Assembly (NCBI GenBank): GCA_037917675.1
Contig: JAVCBW010000005.1
Span: forward strand, 64,001 to 128,000
Direction: 5' to 3'
Length of the DNA stretch: 64,000 bases
DNA from: Thermoproteota archaeon
GTDB taxonomy: Archaea; Korarchaeota; Korarchaeia; B14-G2
This document shows positions 48,683 to 58,531 of this stretch, piece after piece. The notes beneath the pieces were generated by a model that was not told where the DNA came from, did not search any database, and was given only the letters and a program-made list of their open reading frames with translations. Each line of letters opens with the position of its first letter. Position 1 is the first letter of the stretch. The position numbers and the translations under genes are program-made.

Positions 48683-49291
48683 TTGAGCAGCGTGAGGGGG
48701 AGAGAGCAAATCAAGATAGAGGACTTACCAGAGCCTTTAATAAACATAGAAAATGTAGTTGCCTCTGTTGTGATAAATCAGAGGCTTGATCTACATAAAA
48801 TAGAGCAGCTGATACCTGGGGCTACGTTCAATCCAGATAAGTTTCCGGGTCTCATCCTGAAGCTTAAGGAGCCTAAAACAGCCCTTCTGATCTTTAGTAG
48901 CGGTAAGTTCGTTTGCACCGGGGCTAAGTCGGCAGCTACGGTAGCTAGAGCTGTCAATAAGGTTATAGAGATGCTTAACTCTAAGGGAATAAGAGTTACA
49001 GGAAAGCCTTTGATCAAAGTTGAGAACATAGTAGCTTCAGCTAAGCTCTATGTCACGGTAGATCTTGAGAGAGCATCTGTAGAGCTTGAGGGGACAGTAT
49101 ATGAGCCGGAGCAGTTCCCTGGAATGATACTGAGAATGGAAAACCCTAGCGTCGTCTTTCTGGTGTTCTCCTCTGGAAGCCTAGTGTGTACAGGAGCCAA
49201 AAAGGAGGAAGACGTTTATAAGGCTGTTTATAAGCTTAGAAGGATCCTAGCTGAAAAGGGGCTGATAATAAGCGTGGCTCCTCGAGAGTGA
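48683..49291 (+). CDS. tbp: TATA-binding protein
   Basis: Two repeats of ENVVAS...FPGL...LIFSSGK.VCTGAK. Confidence 0.97.
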   Translation: MSSVRGREQIKIEDLPEPLINIENVVASVVINQRLDLHKIEQLIPGATFNPDKFPGLILKLKEPKTALLIFSSGKFVCTGAKSAATVARAVNKVIEMLNSKGIRVTGKPLIKVENIVASAKLYVTVDLERASVELEGTVYEPEQFPGMILRMENPSVVFLVFSSGSLVCTGAKKEEDVYKAVYKLRRILAEKGLIISVAPRE

Positions 49292-49295
49292 TAGC

Positions 49296-50384
49296 ATGAG
49301 TAGAATAACGGTTTCTGTGATAAAAGCTGATATAGGGAGCCTAGCAGGCCACCATGTTGTTCCAGAGGAGATAAAGGAAGCTGCCAGGTCGATGCTAAGG
49401 GAGGCAGCTGATGAAGGGAAGATAATAGACTACTATGTGACAAACTGTGGAGACGACCTTGAGCTCATAATGACACATAGAAGAGGAGAAGAGTCACCTG
49501 AGATACATGAGCTGGCATTCAAGACGTTTAAGAAGTGTGAGAAGAGGGCTAAGGAGCTCAAGCTCTATGCTGCTGGGCAGGACATACTGTCAGATGCATT
49601 CTCAGGAAACCTGAGGGGGATGGGGCCTGGCTTCGCTGAACTGGAGTTTGAGGAAAGGCCATCAGATCCTGTCGTTGTGTTCATGGCAGACAAGACAGAG
49701 CCTGGCGCATTCAACCTCCCTCTCTTCAAGGCGTTTGCAGACCCCTTCAACACAGCGGGGCTTGTTATAGACCCTAAGATGCATAGCGGTTTTGAATTCG
49801 AGATTCTAGACGTCGTAGAAGGTAAATCTGTCAGACTGAAGTGTCCTGAGGAAATGTATGACTTACTTGCCTTAATAGGGACTACAGGAAGATACATAAT
49901 CAGGAAAGTATACTCTAAGAATGGGGTGCCTGCTGCAGCAGTCAGCACAACAAGGCTTAGCCTCATAGCCGGCAGATATGTTGGAAAAGATGATCCTGTT
50001 GCAGTAGTTAGGGCGCAGGCAGGGCTCCCTGCAGTCGGGGAAGTGCTGGAGGCATTCGCATTCCCACATCTAGTTGCAGGATGGATGAGAGGATCTCACT
50101 ATGGCCCTCTGATGCCAGTTTCAGAGCAGGATGCTAGGTGTACGAGATTTGATGGGCCACCGAGGGTAGTTGCCTTAGGCTTCCAGGTGTCGGATGGAAA
50201 ACTGCTTGGACCTGCAGATCTATTTAGGGATCCAGCATTTGATAGAGCTAGGGAGCTATGCAATCAGATAGCAGACTACATGAGGAGACACGGTCCCTTC
50301 ATGCCCCATAGGCTTGGTCCAGATGAAATGGAGTATACAACACTGCCTAATGTCCTAGAGAAGCTAAGAGACAGATTCAGGTAG
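49296..50384 (+). CDS. fbp: Bifunctional fructose-1,6-bisphosphate aldolase/phosphatase
   Basis: KADIGS..GH, GDD, AGQD, DKTEPGAFN, YVGKDDP, GWMRGSH.GP, FDGPP, MEYT. Confidence 0.96.
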   Translation: MSRITVSVIKADIGSLAGHHVVPEEIKEAARSMLREAADEGKIIDYYVTNCGDDLELIMTHRRGEESPEIHELAFKTFKKCEKRAKELKLYAAGQDILSDAFSGNLRGMGPGFAELEFEERPSDPVVVFMADKTEPGAFNLPLFKAFADPFNTAGLVIDPKMHSGFEFEILDVVEGKSVRLKCPEEMYDLLALIGTTGRYIIRKVYSKNGVPAAAVSTTRLSLIAGRYVGKDDPVAVVRAQAGLPAVGEVLEAFAFPHLVAGWMRGSHYGPLMPVSEQDARCTRFDGPPRVVALGFQVSDGKLLGPADLFRDPAFDRARELCNQIADYMRRHGPFMPHRLGPDEMEYTTLPNVLEKLRDRFR

Positions 50385-50390
50385 GTCAGG

Positions 50391-51014
50391 TTGCTGAGCG
50401 AGGAAGATGGAGAGTATCTTGTTAAGCTGGCTAGAAGAGCAATAGAGTATTGGCTTGGTGAAAGAAGGTACCTTGAGGTTAAGCAGGCGCCTAGTAGGCT
50501 AAGAGAGAAGAGAGGAGTGTTTGTCACGCTTAACAAGTATCCAGCTATGGAGCTCAGGGGATGTATAGGGTTCCCTTATCCAATATATCCTCTCATAGAT
50601 GCTGTGACTAGAGCAGCTGTCGCAGCAGCATTTGAGGACCCTAGATTTCCTCCTCTATCTAGAGAGGAGCTTAGTGAAGTAGTTGTCGAAGTTAGTGTGC
50701 TCACGTTTCCTAGTAGGATCTTCGCTAGCTCAGCTGAAGAGTATGCAGAGAGGGTGGTGGTAGGCAGAGATGGTGTCATAGTCAGCTACCATGGGAGGAG
50801 CGGCCTCCTCCTGCCTCAAGTCGCTGTGGAGCAAGGCTGGGATAGTATGGAGTTCCTTAGACACTGCTGCTATAAGGCTCTTCTCCCGGAGACGATACTA
50901 GATAGTCCAGATGTTGAAGTCTATACCTTCCAGGCAGAGATATTTGCGGAAGAAGAGCCTGGTGGAGTTGTGAAGAGAGTTGAGCTTAAGGCTGTGAGGA
51001 AGCATCAATTATAG
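50391..51014 (+). CDS. AMMECR1-domain protein
   Basis: GVFVTL, LRGCIG, DPRF, EVSVLT, GLLLPQV. Confidence 0.92.
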   Translation: MLSEEDGEYLVKLARRAIEYWLGERRYLEVKQAPSRLREKRGVFVTLNKYPAMELRGCIGFPYPIYPLIDAVTRAAVAAAFEDPRFPPLSREELSEVVVEVSVLTFPSRIFASSAEEYAERVVVGRDGVIVSYHGRSGLLLPQVAVEQGWDSMEFLRHCCYKALLPETILDSPDVEVYTFQAEIFAEEEPGGVVKRVELKAVRKHQL

Positions 51015-51531
51015 CCCTCCTAATAGCATTCAACACTCTTCTAGAGGACCTCTCGTCTCTGAGGTTATATACTACTATCCTCCTCAAGATCCCTCTTTCA
51101 CCCTCTATCTTCCAGTCGATAGCCTGCTTGGGATCTAACTCCCCACTCTTAGCCTTCCTCAGGTCTTCCTCTCTCATGGGATATAGCACCTTAGCAACAA
51201 GGAAATTTCTTATGGGCTCTGAATCTACTCTGAGAGCTATACCCTCAGATGGTGTGAAAACAAGCATGTTCTCATACTCTACAACCCTTCCAAGGACGAT
51301 GCCATCAGGCTTTTTGACAGGTATAGTATGCTCCTCGGGTCTCTCGATGAGCATCTGATCTGCTGTCATAATGCTCTTAGATGCTGCAAGAGATTCCAGA
51401 ACTGCTATAAGCTTTCGTAGAAGCTTCTCCCTGCGCTGAACTTCCTCTAGCTCCCTCATCAGCTCAGCTCTGACCTCCATTATCTCCGCTAGAAGCTTGA
51501 ACTCATCAGGCTTCTTTGAGCTCAATGACAT
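50986..51531 (-). CDS. Conserved hypothetical protein (N-terminal coiled coil plus alpha/beta domain)
   Basis: Long ORF with host codon usage; FLV.KVL..M...D...GEL.P pattern recalled from uncharacterised TACK proteins. Confidence 0.7.
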   Translation of the reverse strand: MSLSSKKPDEFKLLAEIMEVRAELMRELEEVQRREKLLRKLIAVLESLAASKSIMTADQMLIERPEEHTIPVKKPDGIVLGRVVEYENMLVFTPSEGIALRVDSEPIRNFLVAKVLYPMREEDLRKAKSGELDPKQAIDWKIEGERGILRRIVVYNLRDERSSRRVLNAIRRAIIDASSQP

Positions 51532-51587
51532 GGCAGCAACCCAGCTGACACCATGAGAACTTATTTTAATGTTATCTGCCTACTAGC

Positions 51588-53018
51588 TTGAGAGCAGATA
51601 TGGAGGAAAGTGAAGCTCTAGAGGCCTTGTTCTACCCGAAAAGCATAGCTGTGATAGGAGCCTCTAGGGATCCAAGGAAGATAGGATATCAGGTTCTTAG
51701 GAGCCTAGTAGAATATGGCTACCAGGGTAGGGTATATGCTGTAAACCCTGTAGCTGATAGCATTCTTGGAGCCAAGTGCTATAAGAGTGTCCTGGAGATA
51801 CCAGAGAACATAGACTTAGCTGTCCTAGTTGTGAAAGCAGAAGATGCAGTAAGAGTAGTCAGGGAGTGCGTGAGAAAGGGAGCTAAGGGAATAATAGTGG
51901 TTTCAGGAGGATTCAAGGAGAGGGGAGAGGAGGGAGAAAAGCTTGAGAGAGAAGTAGTCCATGTGGCTAGGGCACATGGTGCACGTGTAGTAGGCCCAAA
52001 CTGCATTGGAGTATACAACTCAAGCAATAAGCTAGACACGCTATTTCAGGCAGCTGAGAGGTGTCTAAGGCCAGGTAAGGGGCCTCTTGCCTTCATATCC
52101 CAGTCTGGTACATTTAGCCTGGCCATGTTGGAGTGGGCTGCTGAAAGCAAGCTTGGGGTCTCCAAATTCGTCAGCATTGGAAATAGATGTGACCTGACAG
52201 AAGCTGAGCTGCTAGAGTACCTTACAAAAGACCCTGAAACGCATGTTATAGCCATGTACATGGAGAGCATACCTGATGGGAGGAAGCTTCTTGCAGCAAT
52301 AAAGAGAGCAGCTGGTAGAAAACCTGTCATAGCGCTTCTCGTCGGGAGAAGCGGAGAGGGAGCTATTGGAGCAAAGTTCCATACAGGTAGGCTTGCTGGA
52401 GACTACAAGAGGGCAGCTGGAGCACTCAGGCAGGCTGGAGCAATACTAGCTGACACGATACACCAGCTATTTGATTACGCCAAGGCACTAGCTTGGCAGC
52501 CTCTCCCACCCGGAAATAGAGTGGGCTTTGTGACAAATGGAGCAGGGCCTGTCGTCATAGCACTCGATAAGCTCAGCGAGTGGAGGCTTAAGCTCGCTGA
52601 GCTAAGTGACGCTACGCTCCAGAAGCTTGGAGAGAGGCTGCCAGCATACACCCAGTCAGAGCAAAATCCAGTTGACCTCACAGGGTCTGCTACAAGCTTA
52701 GATTTCAGAGAGGCTCTAGATGTCCTTCTTAACAGCAGAGAAGTTGACATAGTCATGCCATTCTTTGTCTTCCAGGATACGCCGCTAGATGAAGGTATAG
52801 TCGACGTTATGCGAGAGATATCAGGTAGAGCAATGAGCCTTAAGAAGCCTGTAATCTGCTGTGCTATGGGAGGCCCTTACACTAGGATGATGTCTTCTAA
52901 GGTTGAGGAGAGCAGGATACCAGTGTATGATAGCCCTGAGAGAGCGCTATCAGCTGCATGGGCTCTTTGCAGGTACTCAGAGGTCAGAAGGCGGCTTGGA
53001 GCAAGAGAATCTACTTGA
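51588..53018 (+). CDS. ADP-forming acyl-CoA synthetase alpha subunit
   Basis: PKSIAVIGAS, GPNCIG, SQSG, FHTG.LAG (phospho-His), NPVDLTG. Confidence 0.92.
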   Translation: MRADMEESEALEALFYPKSIAVIGASRDPRKIGYQVLRSLVEYGYQGRVYAVNPVADSILGAKCYKSVLEIPENIDLAVLVVKAEDAVRVVRECVRKGAKGIIVVSGGFKERGEEGEKLEREVVHVARAHGARVVGPNCIGVYNSSNKLDTLFQAAERCLRPGKGPLAFISQSGTFSLAMLEWAAESKLGVSKFVSIGNRCDLTEAELLEYLTKDPETHVIAMYMESIPDGRKLLAAIKRAAGRKPVIALLVGRSGEGAIGAKFHTGRLAGDYKRAAGALRQAGAILADTIHQLFDYAKALAWQPLPPGNRVGFVTNGAGPVVIALDKLSEWRLKLAELSDATLQKLGERLPAYTQSEQNPVDLTGSATSLDFREALDVLLNSREVDIVMPFFVFQDTPLDEGIVDVMREISGRAMSLKKPVICCAMGGPYTRMMSSKVEESRIPVYDSPERALSAAWALCRYSEVRRRLGAREST

Positions 53019-53772
53019 AGTATGCTTGGTCTAAAGTAGAGTATAGAGCTTCAAGCCCTCTACCATCCATAGCACTGACTTCAGTCAGGGGATAGGGGAG
53101 CCCTGTCTCCTCTAAGAGCCTCAGAAATGACATGGCTATGGTCTTATACCGGTCAGATGACTCCAATACCTGAGAGAGAACAGCTTCTCTGAGCTCTTCA
53201 TATGAGGACAGAAGGTGGGTAATTCTCCTCCTGTCTGCCTCGCTAAGCAGGTCAGTCTTGTTTATTATGGTGTACACTGGTATGTTCAGCCTGAACTCAG
53301 CTATCTTTGACATCACTAAGCTCGTTAGGAGGGAGTCTACCTTCATCAGCGCAGGAGCACTTACAAGGAATACTCCAATGATGCGGGACATCCTGGATAG
53401 TGATGAGACGACCTCGGAGGAGATCTCTCTCATTATAAAGAGCTCCATCTGGCCTGGTGTATCTATCACAATGTAGTCTGCATTGAAGGCTCCTATGTCG
53501 CTTACAAGCTTGCTAAGATGCTCTGAGATCATGTCACATGAGAGAATGAGGGCTCCATTAGGCCCTAGTTGGTACTCTCTTATCACACTCTCATAGCTCA
53601 CATACTCCCTTATGTCGACATCTGGGTCATATGGGACCTCTATGACTGCTGGATCAAGATTTACGAGGCATGTTGTCTCACCATAGCTGTCTAGCAGCTC
53701 TGAGAAGGCCTTTGTGAAGAAGGTCTTACCTACCCCAGCTAAGCCAAGTACAAGTAGAGAGAGAGGCAGCAT
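53011..53772 (-). CDS. GPN-loop GTPase
   Basis: GLAGVGKT, NLDPA, LGPNG, DTPGQME, NKTD, VSA. Confidence 0.93.
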   Translation of the reverse strand: MLPLSLLVLGLAGVGKTFFTKAFSELLDSYGETTCLVNLDPAVIEVPYDPDVDIREYVSYESVIREYQLGPNGALILSCDMISEHLSKLVSDIGAFNADYIVIDTPGQMELFIMREISSEVVSSLSRMSRIIGVFLVSAPALMKVDSLLTSLVMSKIAEFRLNIPVYTIINKTDLLSEADRRRITHLLSSYEELREAVLSQVLESSDRYKTIAMSFLRLLEETGLPYPLTEVSAMDGRGLEALYSTLDQAYFK

Positions 53773-53821
53773 AGGTACCTAGCTAAGAGTCTAATAAAAG
53801 TGGGGTAGCGGAGAGGTTAAG

Positions 53822-54109
53822 TTAAATCTTCCTCTCCAGCTCGATCTCTATTACGCTAATCCCTCGTCTCTCTCCTGTTTCATCGAAGATCTCTTCTGTC
53901 CCTGTTCTGATATCAGAGACCCTCAGAAGCCCCTGCAGGTACTTGAGCCTTAGAATCTCTGCTACATCGACTGCCCTAGATATCGACCTCCCTCTAGCCT
54001 TTAAGACGACCTTCTTCGCACCCTGGTTTATCTGGAGGACTGTAGCCATGACATAGCTTGTAGCAGGCTTCTTACCTATGTAGACGACACCTACTTCTCC
54101 TCTGGACAA
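53822..54109 (-). CDS. albA: DNA/RNA-binding protein Alba (TTG start)
   Basis: IGKKP..SYV.A, KARGRSISRAVDVAE, GTE, S.IEI.L; SD GAGGTGA. Confidence 0.95.
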   Translation of the reverse strand: MSRGEVGVVYIGKKPATSYVMATVLQINQGAKKVVLKARGRSISRAVDVAEILRLKYLQGLLRVSDIRTGTEEIFDETGERRGISVIEIELERKI

Positions 54110-54171
54110 ACTGCTCACCTCATGGTAGGTGATTAACCTCACATAGAGGAGGCATTTTAACTTTTCTCCAG

Positions 54172-54420
54172 CTACCTTAGGAGCTCTTTGACATCAATCC
54201 TGCAGACTCTACCTCCTTTGGTAGCTCTTTCTATTACTATAGGAAGTACGCCAGCTTCAAGCTCTCTCTCAGCTATCTCAGTTGGAGAACGGATGTGAGG
54301 AGGGATGTCGCTGAGCAGTGGAGGAGCACCCTTAGCCAGCTGCAGAGCTCTTATCGTGATAATCTTCACCTTCTCGTATTTTGTCAGCCTTTTGGGGCCT
54401 AGCTTGCACCAGCTGTTCAC
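54172..54420 (-). CDS. rpoK: DNA-directed RNA polymerase subunit K (Rpo6)
   Basis: LTKYEK..I...RALQL..GAP, IA..EL..G.LPI.I.R. Confidence 0.92.
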   Translation of the reverse strand: MNSWCKLGPKRLTKYEKVKIITIRALQLAKGAPPLLSDIPPHIRSPTEIAERELEAGVLPIVIERATKGGRVCRIDVKELLR

Positions 54421-56042
54421 TCGAATCCACCGTATTCTTCTTTGCCCTTCTTCTCCTCTTTGGCCTTGCCAGCAGCTATCACGTCATCTATCCTGAGTAT
54501 AGATTCTGCGGTCTCTGCTGCAGACTTTATCACTTGCCTCTTTACTCTAGCAGGCTCTAGGATGCCCTTCTCCTTCATGTCCACTATCTCTCCTGTCTCT
54601 AGGTCTACTCCAGCATGCTTGTTGCCCTCTGTGTGGGCCTTTACAAGCTCAGCTGACTTGGTTACCACGTCGAAGCCTGAGTTTTCTATCAGTATCTTTG
54701 GTATGCTCATGACTGCGTTTGCAAACTTGTTTACTATGAGCTGCTCTTTGCCACCTAGTGTCTTGGCATATTCTTGTAGTGCAAGTGACACTTCAGTTTC
54801 TATAGCCCCTCCTCCAACAACTATCTCTTGATCTTCTATCGCGTTTCTGACGACTGAGAGTGCGTCTTTGAGAGTTCTTTCAGCTTCATCTATTATCTGC
54901 TTAGTCCCGCCTCTAAGCAGTATTGAGATGGATCTGGGGTTCTTGCAGCCCTCAACGAACACCATCTTGTCCTCTCCGACTATCCTCTCCTCTACTAGCT
55001 CTGCTTCACCTAGGTCGCTTGGCTTCAGGTCTCTTATGTTGGCTACCACATTGGCGCCTGTCGCTCTCGCTAGCTTCTCCATATCAGACTTCTTTACCCT
55101 CCTGACTGCTAGTATGCCTAGCTGAGCTAGGAAGTGCTGTGCTACATCGTCTATTCCCTTCTGGCAGAAAACTACGTTTGCTCCAACCTCCTTTATCTTC
55201 TCCACCATATCCCTTAATATCTCCTTCTCCTTCTCCTTGAACTTCCTCATCATCTCTGGTGAGGTTATGTTGATCTTTGAGTCATACTCTAGCTTCTCTA
55301 TCTCTAGTGGTGCCTGTATGAGAGCTATCTTTGCATTCTCTATCCTCTTTGGCATCTCCGGGTGTACTACCTCCTTGTCTACCACTACACCTCTTATCAG
55401 CTGGCTATCATATACGCTTTTGCCATCCTTCTTCTCTATCTTTACATTGTCAAGGTCTGCGACTATTTTCCCATCCCTCTCCTCTGCTACAGCTAGGATT
55501 GCCTCTACAGCTAGGTCAGCTAAGTACTCTCTTGCATAGTATGCTGCCTTAGTTGCCATCGAGACCATAGCTATCTTTTTCAGAACATCCTTATCTCTCC
55601 AGTCTATCTTGATTTTCAGCTCTTCTATCGCCTCTAGGGCCTTTCTAGCAGCCTTTCTGTATGCCTCTACTATTAGTGTCGGGTGGATTTCCAGATCTAT
55701 CAGCTCTTCAGCTGCCTTGAGGAGTTCGCCTGTCAATATGACTGATGTCGTTGTTCCATCTCCAGCCTCCTGATCTGTGGCTTTAGCTACCTCAACCATC
55801 ATCTTTGCTACTGGATGCTCGACTTCTATCTCTTTCATGACAGTAGCTCCATCTCCTGTGACCACTACGTCGCCGAAGGAGTCTACTAGCATCTTCATCA
55901 TGGACTTTGGCCCTAGTGTCGTTCGCACTGCATCTGCCACAGCCTTTGCTACACTTATGTTTGTCCTTAGAGCCTCTCTACCTCTAACTCGGGTAGTGCC
56001 TTCCTTCAGGATTAAGACAGGGATCCCCTGTCCTGCCATCAT
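54417..56042 (-). CDS. Thermosome (group II chaperonin) subunit
   Basis: TTLGPK, GDGTTT, QKGIDD, LLRGG, EAER...[10 protein letters not shown]. Confidence 0.97.
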   Translation of the reverse strand: MMAGQGIPVLILKEGTTRVRGREALRTNISVAKAVADAVRTTLGPKSMMKMLVDSFGDVVVTGDGATVMKEIEVEHPVAKMMVEVAKATDQEAGDGTTTSVILTGELLKAAEELIDLEIHPTLIVEAYRKAARKALEAIEELKIKIDWRDKDVLKKIAMVSMATKAAYYAREYLADLAVEAILAVAEERDGKIVADLDNVKIEKKDGKSVYDSQLIRGVVVDKEVVHPEMPKRIENAKIALIQAPLEIEKLEYDSKINITSPEMMRKFKEKEKEILRDMVEKIKEVGANVVFCQKGIDDVAQHFLAQLGILAVRRVKKSDMEKLARATGANVVANIRDLKPSDLGEAELVEERIVGEDKMVFVEGCKNPRSISILLRGGTKQIIDEAERTLKDALSVVRNAIEDQEIVVGGGAIETEVSLALQEYAKTLGGKEQLIVNKFANAVMSIPKILIENSGFDVVTKSAELVKAHTEGNKHAGVDLETGEIVDMKEKGILEPARVKRQVIKSAAETAESILRIDDVIAAGKAKEEKKGKEEYGGFE

Positions 56043-56135
56043 TCAAATCACCTACAACTTTGGTATGAGCGTCATGACAGCATTTCATGAATGCTACTCT
56101 ATAGCTTAGGATCATGTGGGTGGATTTAAACTTTT

Positions 56136-56165
56136 AGCTATACTGTATCAGGTCGCAGTATAGCT
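56136..56165. promoter_or_regulatory. Perfect 10-bp inverted repeat AGCTATACTG-N10-CAGTATAGCT between the divergent thermosome and lhr promoters
   Basis: Directly visible; flanked by TATA-like TTTAAA (56125-30) and TTTATTA (56176-82). Confidence 0.55.
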
Positions 56166-56206
56166 GATGTTACGCTTTATTAGCATGAACAGCAGTTGAG
56201 CTCTAT

Positions 56207-58531
56207 ATGGCTATCAAGGGAGCATTTAGGATGCTTAGACCTGAGATCAAGGCTTGGCTTGAAGACTATGGGATATCAGAGCCTACCCCTGTTCAGGAGA
56301 GGTGCATTCCTCTCGTCCTAAGCGGAGTGAATGTGCTAGTGTCGTCTCCTACAGGCACAGGTAAGACCGAGGCTGCTGTCTTACCTATAGCGAGTAAGAT
56401 GCTGGATGCTAAAGCCAGCAGAGCTATAGCCCTATATGTGACGCCACTTAGAGCTCTCAATAGAGATGTTTTCAGTAGACTTCAGGCTCTCTTCAGGGTG
56501 GTGGGACTTGAGATATCTGTGAGGCATGGAGATACACCTGAGAGTATAAGGAGAAAGCAGGCTGCTAAGCTGCCAGACATGCTTGTAACCACCCCTGAAA
56601 CCCTTCAGATAATGTTGGGAGGGAGAAGGCTCAGAGAAGGGCTCTCTGCTGTCAGGTTCGTTGTAGTAGATGAGGTACACCAGCTAGCGTTCAACAAGAG
56701 GGGAGCTCAGCTCTCTGCTGGGCTAGAGAGGCTTAGAGAGCTGGCAGGAGACTTCCAGGTTGTTGGGCTCTCCGCTACGGTAGGTGCTCTGGACGAGGCT
56801 GCTAAGGTCCTGTTTGGCTCTAGAAGCTATGAGATAGTTGACATGGGTGGAGTTAAGAAGTTTGAAGCTGAAGTCATCATGGTGGGGGAGCTGGGTGAGA
56901 GAGAAGTCTGCAAAGCTATAAGCAAAGCCTGTAGAGGAGCTAGGTCAGCTCTAGTGTTCACCAATACCAGAGCTACGGCAGAATACATAGCTTCAGCTAT
57001 GAGCAGATACAGCTCAGAGAGCGGGGTGCATCATAGCTCACTGTCTAAGGAGATGAGGCTTGCAGCAGAGGAGGGGCTTAGGTCAGGGAAAGTTAGGCTT
57101 CTGGTGTGTACGAGCTCTCTTGAGCTGGGAATAGACATAGGGACTGTAGACATAGTTGTTCAGTACATGTCTCCTAGGCAGGTTACTAGGTTCCTGCAGA
57201 GGGTAGGTAGGTCTGGGCACAAGCCTACATCGACATCTAGGGGGGTTGTGCTCGCTACAAGCTGGGAAGACGCGCTTGAGGCCTCAGCTATAATCAGGAG
57301 GGCTAAGCTCGGGGAGCTCGATGCAGAATCTCCTCCCGAAGCTCCATTTGATGTCTTATGCCACCAGCTTGCAGGTCTGATCATAGAGAGAAAGGCTGTG
57401 CCATTAGAATATGCTGTCAGAGTTCTCAGGAGATCTCATCTATATAGGGGGCTCAGTGTGAGAGATCTCCTCAAGGTGCTTGGCTACATGGCTGAGAGAT
57501 GGCCTAAGCTGGCTGTTGTAAAGGATGGGGTAGCTAGAAAGCCACCAGATGCAAGTACACTGTACAAGTACTATTTTGACTGTGTCTCGATGATACCAGA
57601 TATAAAGACGTTTGAGGCTGTGGACGAAGATGGAAGGAGAATTGGAGTGTTAGATGAGCCTTTTGTACTAGAGTACTGCAGAAAGGGGAGCAGGGTGGTA
57701 ATTGGAGGACGTACATGGCGTGTTGTGGAAGTGAGAGGAGATAGGGTTGTCTTGAAGACAGCTAGTGATGAGGGGGGAGTCGTACCTAGCTGGATAGGAG
57801 AGGACCTTCCAGTTTCACTTGAAATAGCTGAAGAAGTCGGGTCCATGAGAGAGAAGGTGGAGAAGGGAGTTAGGTTGGGAAGCGAAGCTAGCGTGCTTGA
57901 TGAGCTATCAGAGACCTACCCATTCTGCGACCCTAAGGCATTCAGAGAGTTAGTTAACAGTGTTAGATGGGCGCTGACTAGGGAGATGGAGATACCCTCT
58001 CCTAACAGAGTTGTCATAGAGGAAGCTGGAGAGTTTACTGTCGTACACAGCTGCTTTGGGACACGCGTAAATAGAGCTCTAGGAGACATGCTCAGGTGGA
58101 TGCTACGTGACTTCAGAGCTGATGTAAGGGTCGTTGTAGACCCATATAGAGTTTATTTAGTTCCAGCTATCCCATGTAAGCTTGTTGTCGATTCTCTTCA
58201 GAGAGCTGATCTGAGTAGCGTAGAGGAGTTGCTGCTTAGCCAACCTGATCTGCCTACTCTTAGGAGGAGACTTGTTAACGTAGCTAAGAGGTTTGGCGCC
58301 ATAGACAGGGAGGTAAGTGCTGTCGACTTGCCGCCTATCAGGCTGTTTGACATGTTCTATGGTACGCCAGTTCTTGATGAAGCTATCAAGGAGGTTTTAC
58401 AGATAGACTATGACTTCGAGGGAGTAAAGCAGGTTTTAGATGGCATTAGATCAGGTAGGCTGGAGCAGGCATGCTTCACTTGCCGTGGTGGAAGCCCCTT
58501 TGCTAGGATTGGGATATGGAGAGTCAGCTAG
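56207..58531 (+). CDS. lhr: Lhr-family SF2 helicase (core, short C-terminus)
   Basis: PTGTGKT, PLRALNRD, RHGDT, TTPE, DEVH, LSAT, HHSSLS, LELGIDIG, QRVGRSGH, SMIPD, PSW.GE. Confidence 0.9.
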   Translation: MAIKGAFRMLRPEIKAWLEDYGISEPTPVQERCIPLVLSGVNVLVSSPTGTGKTEAAVLPIASKMLDAKASRAIALYVTPLRALNRDVFSRLQALFRVVGLEISVRHGDTPESIRRKQAAKLPDMLVTTPETLQIMLGGRRLREGLSAVRFVVVDEVHQLAFNKRGAQLSAGLERLRELAGDFQVVGLSATVGALDEAAKVLFGSRSYEIVDMGGVKKFEAEVIMVGELGEREVCKAISKACRGARSALVFTNTRATAEYIASAMSRYSSESGVHHSSLSKEMRLAAEEGLRSGKVRLLVCTSSLELGIDIGTVDIVVQYMSPRQVTRFLQRVGRSGHKPTSTSRGVVLATSWEDALEASAIIRRAKLGELDAESPPEAPFDVLCHQLAGLIIERKAVPLEYAVRVLRRSHLYRGLSVRDLLKVLGYMAERWPKLAVVKDGVARKPPDASTLYKYYFDCVSMIPDIKTFEAVDEDGRRIGVLDEPFVLEYCRKGSRVVIGGRTWRVVEVRGDRVVLKTASDEGGVVPSWIGEDLPVSLEIAEEVGSMREKVEKGVRLGSEASVLDELSETYPFCDPKAFRELVNSVRWALTREMEIPSPNRVVIEEAGEFTVVHSCFGTRVNRALGDMLRWMLRDFRADVRVVVDPYRVYLVPAIPCKLVVDSLQRADLSSVEELLLSQPDLPTLRRRLVNVAKRFGAIDREVSAVDLPPIRLFDMFYGTPVLDEAIKEVLQIDYDFEGVKQVLDGIRSGRLEQACFTCRGGSPFARIGIWRVS

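Noticed and set aside
56207-58531. Lhr as a truncated pseudogene
   Set aside because: All helicase motifs and the downstream domains are intact, and the stop overlaps the convergent gene neatly. A short C-terminus alone is insufficient evidence.
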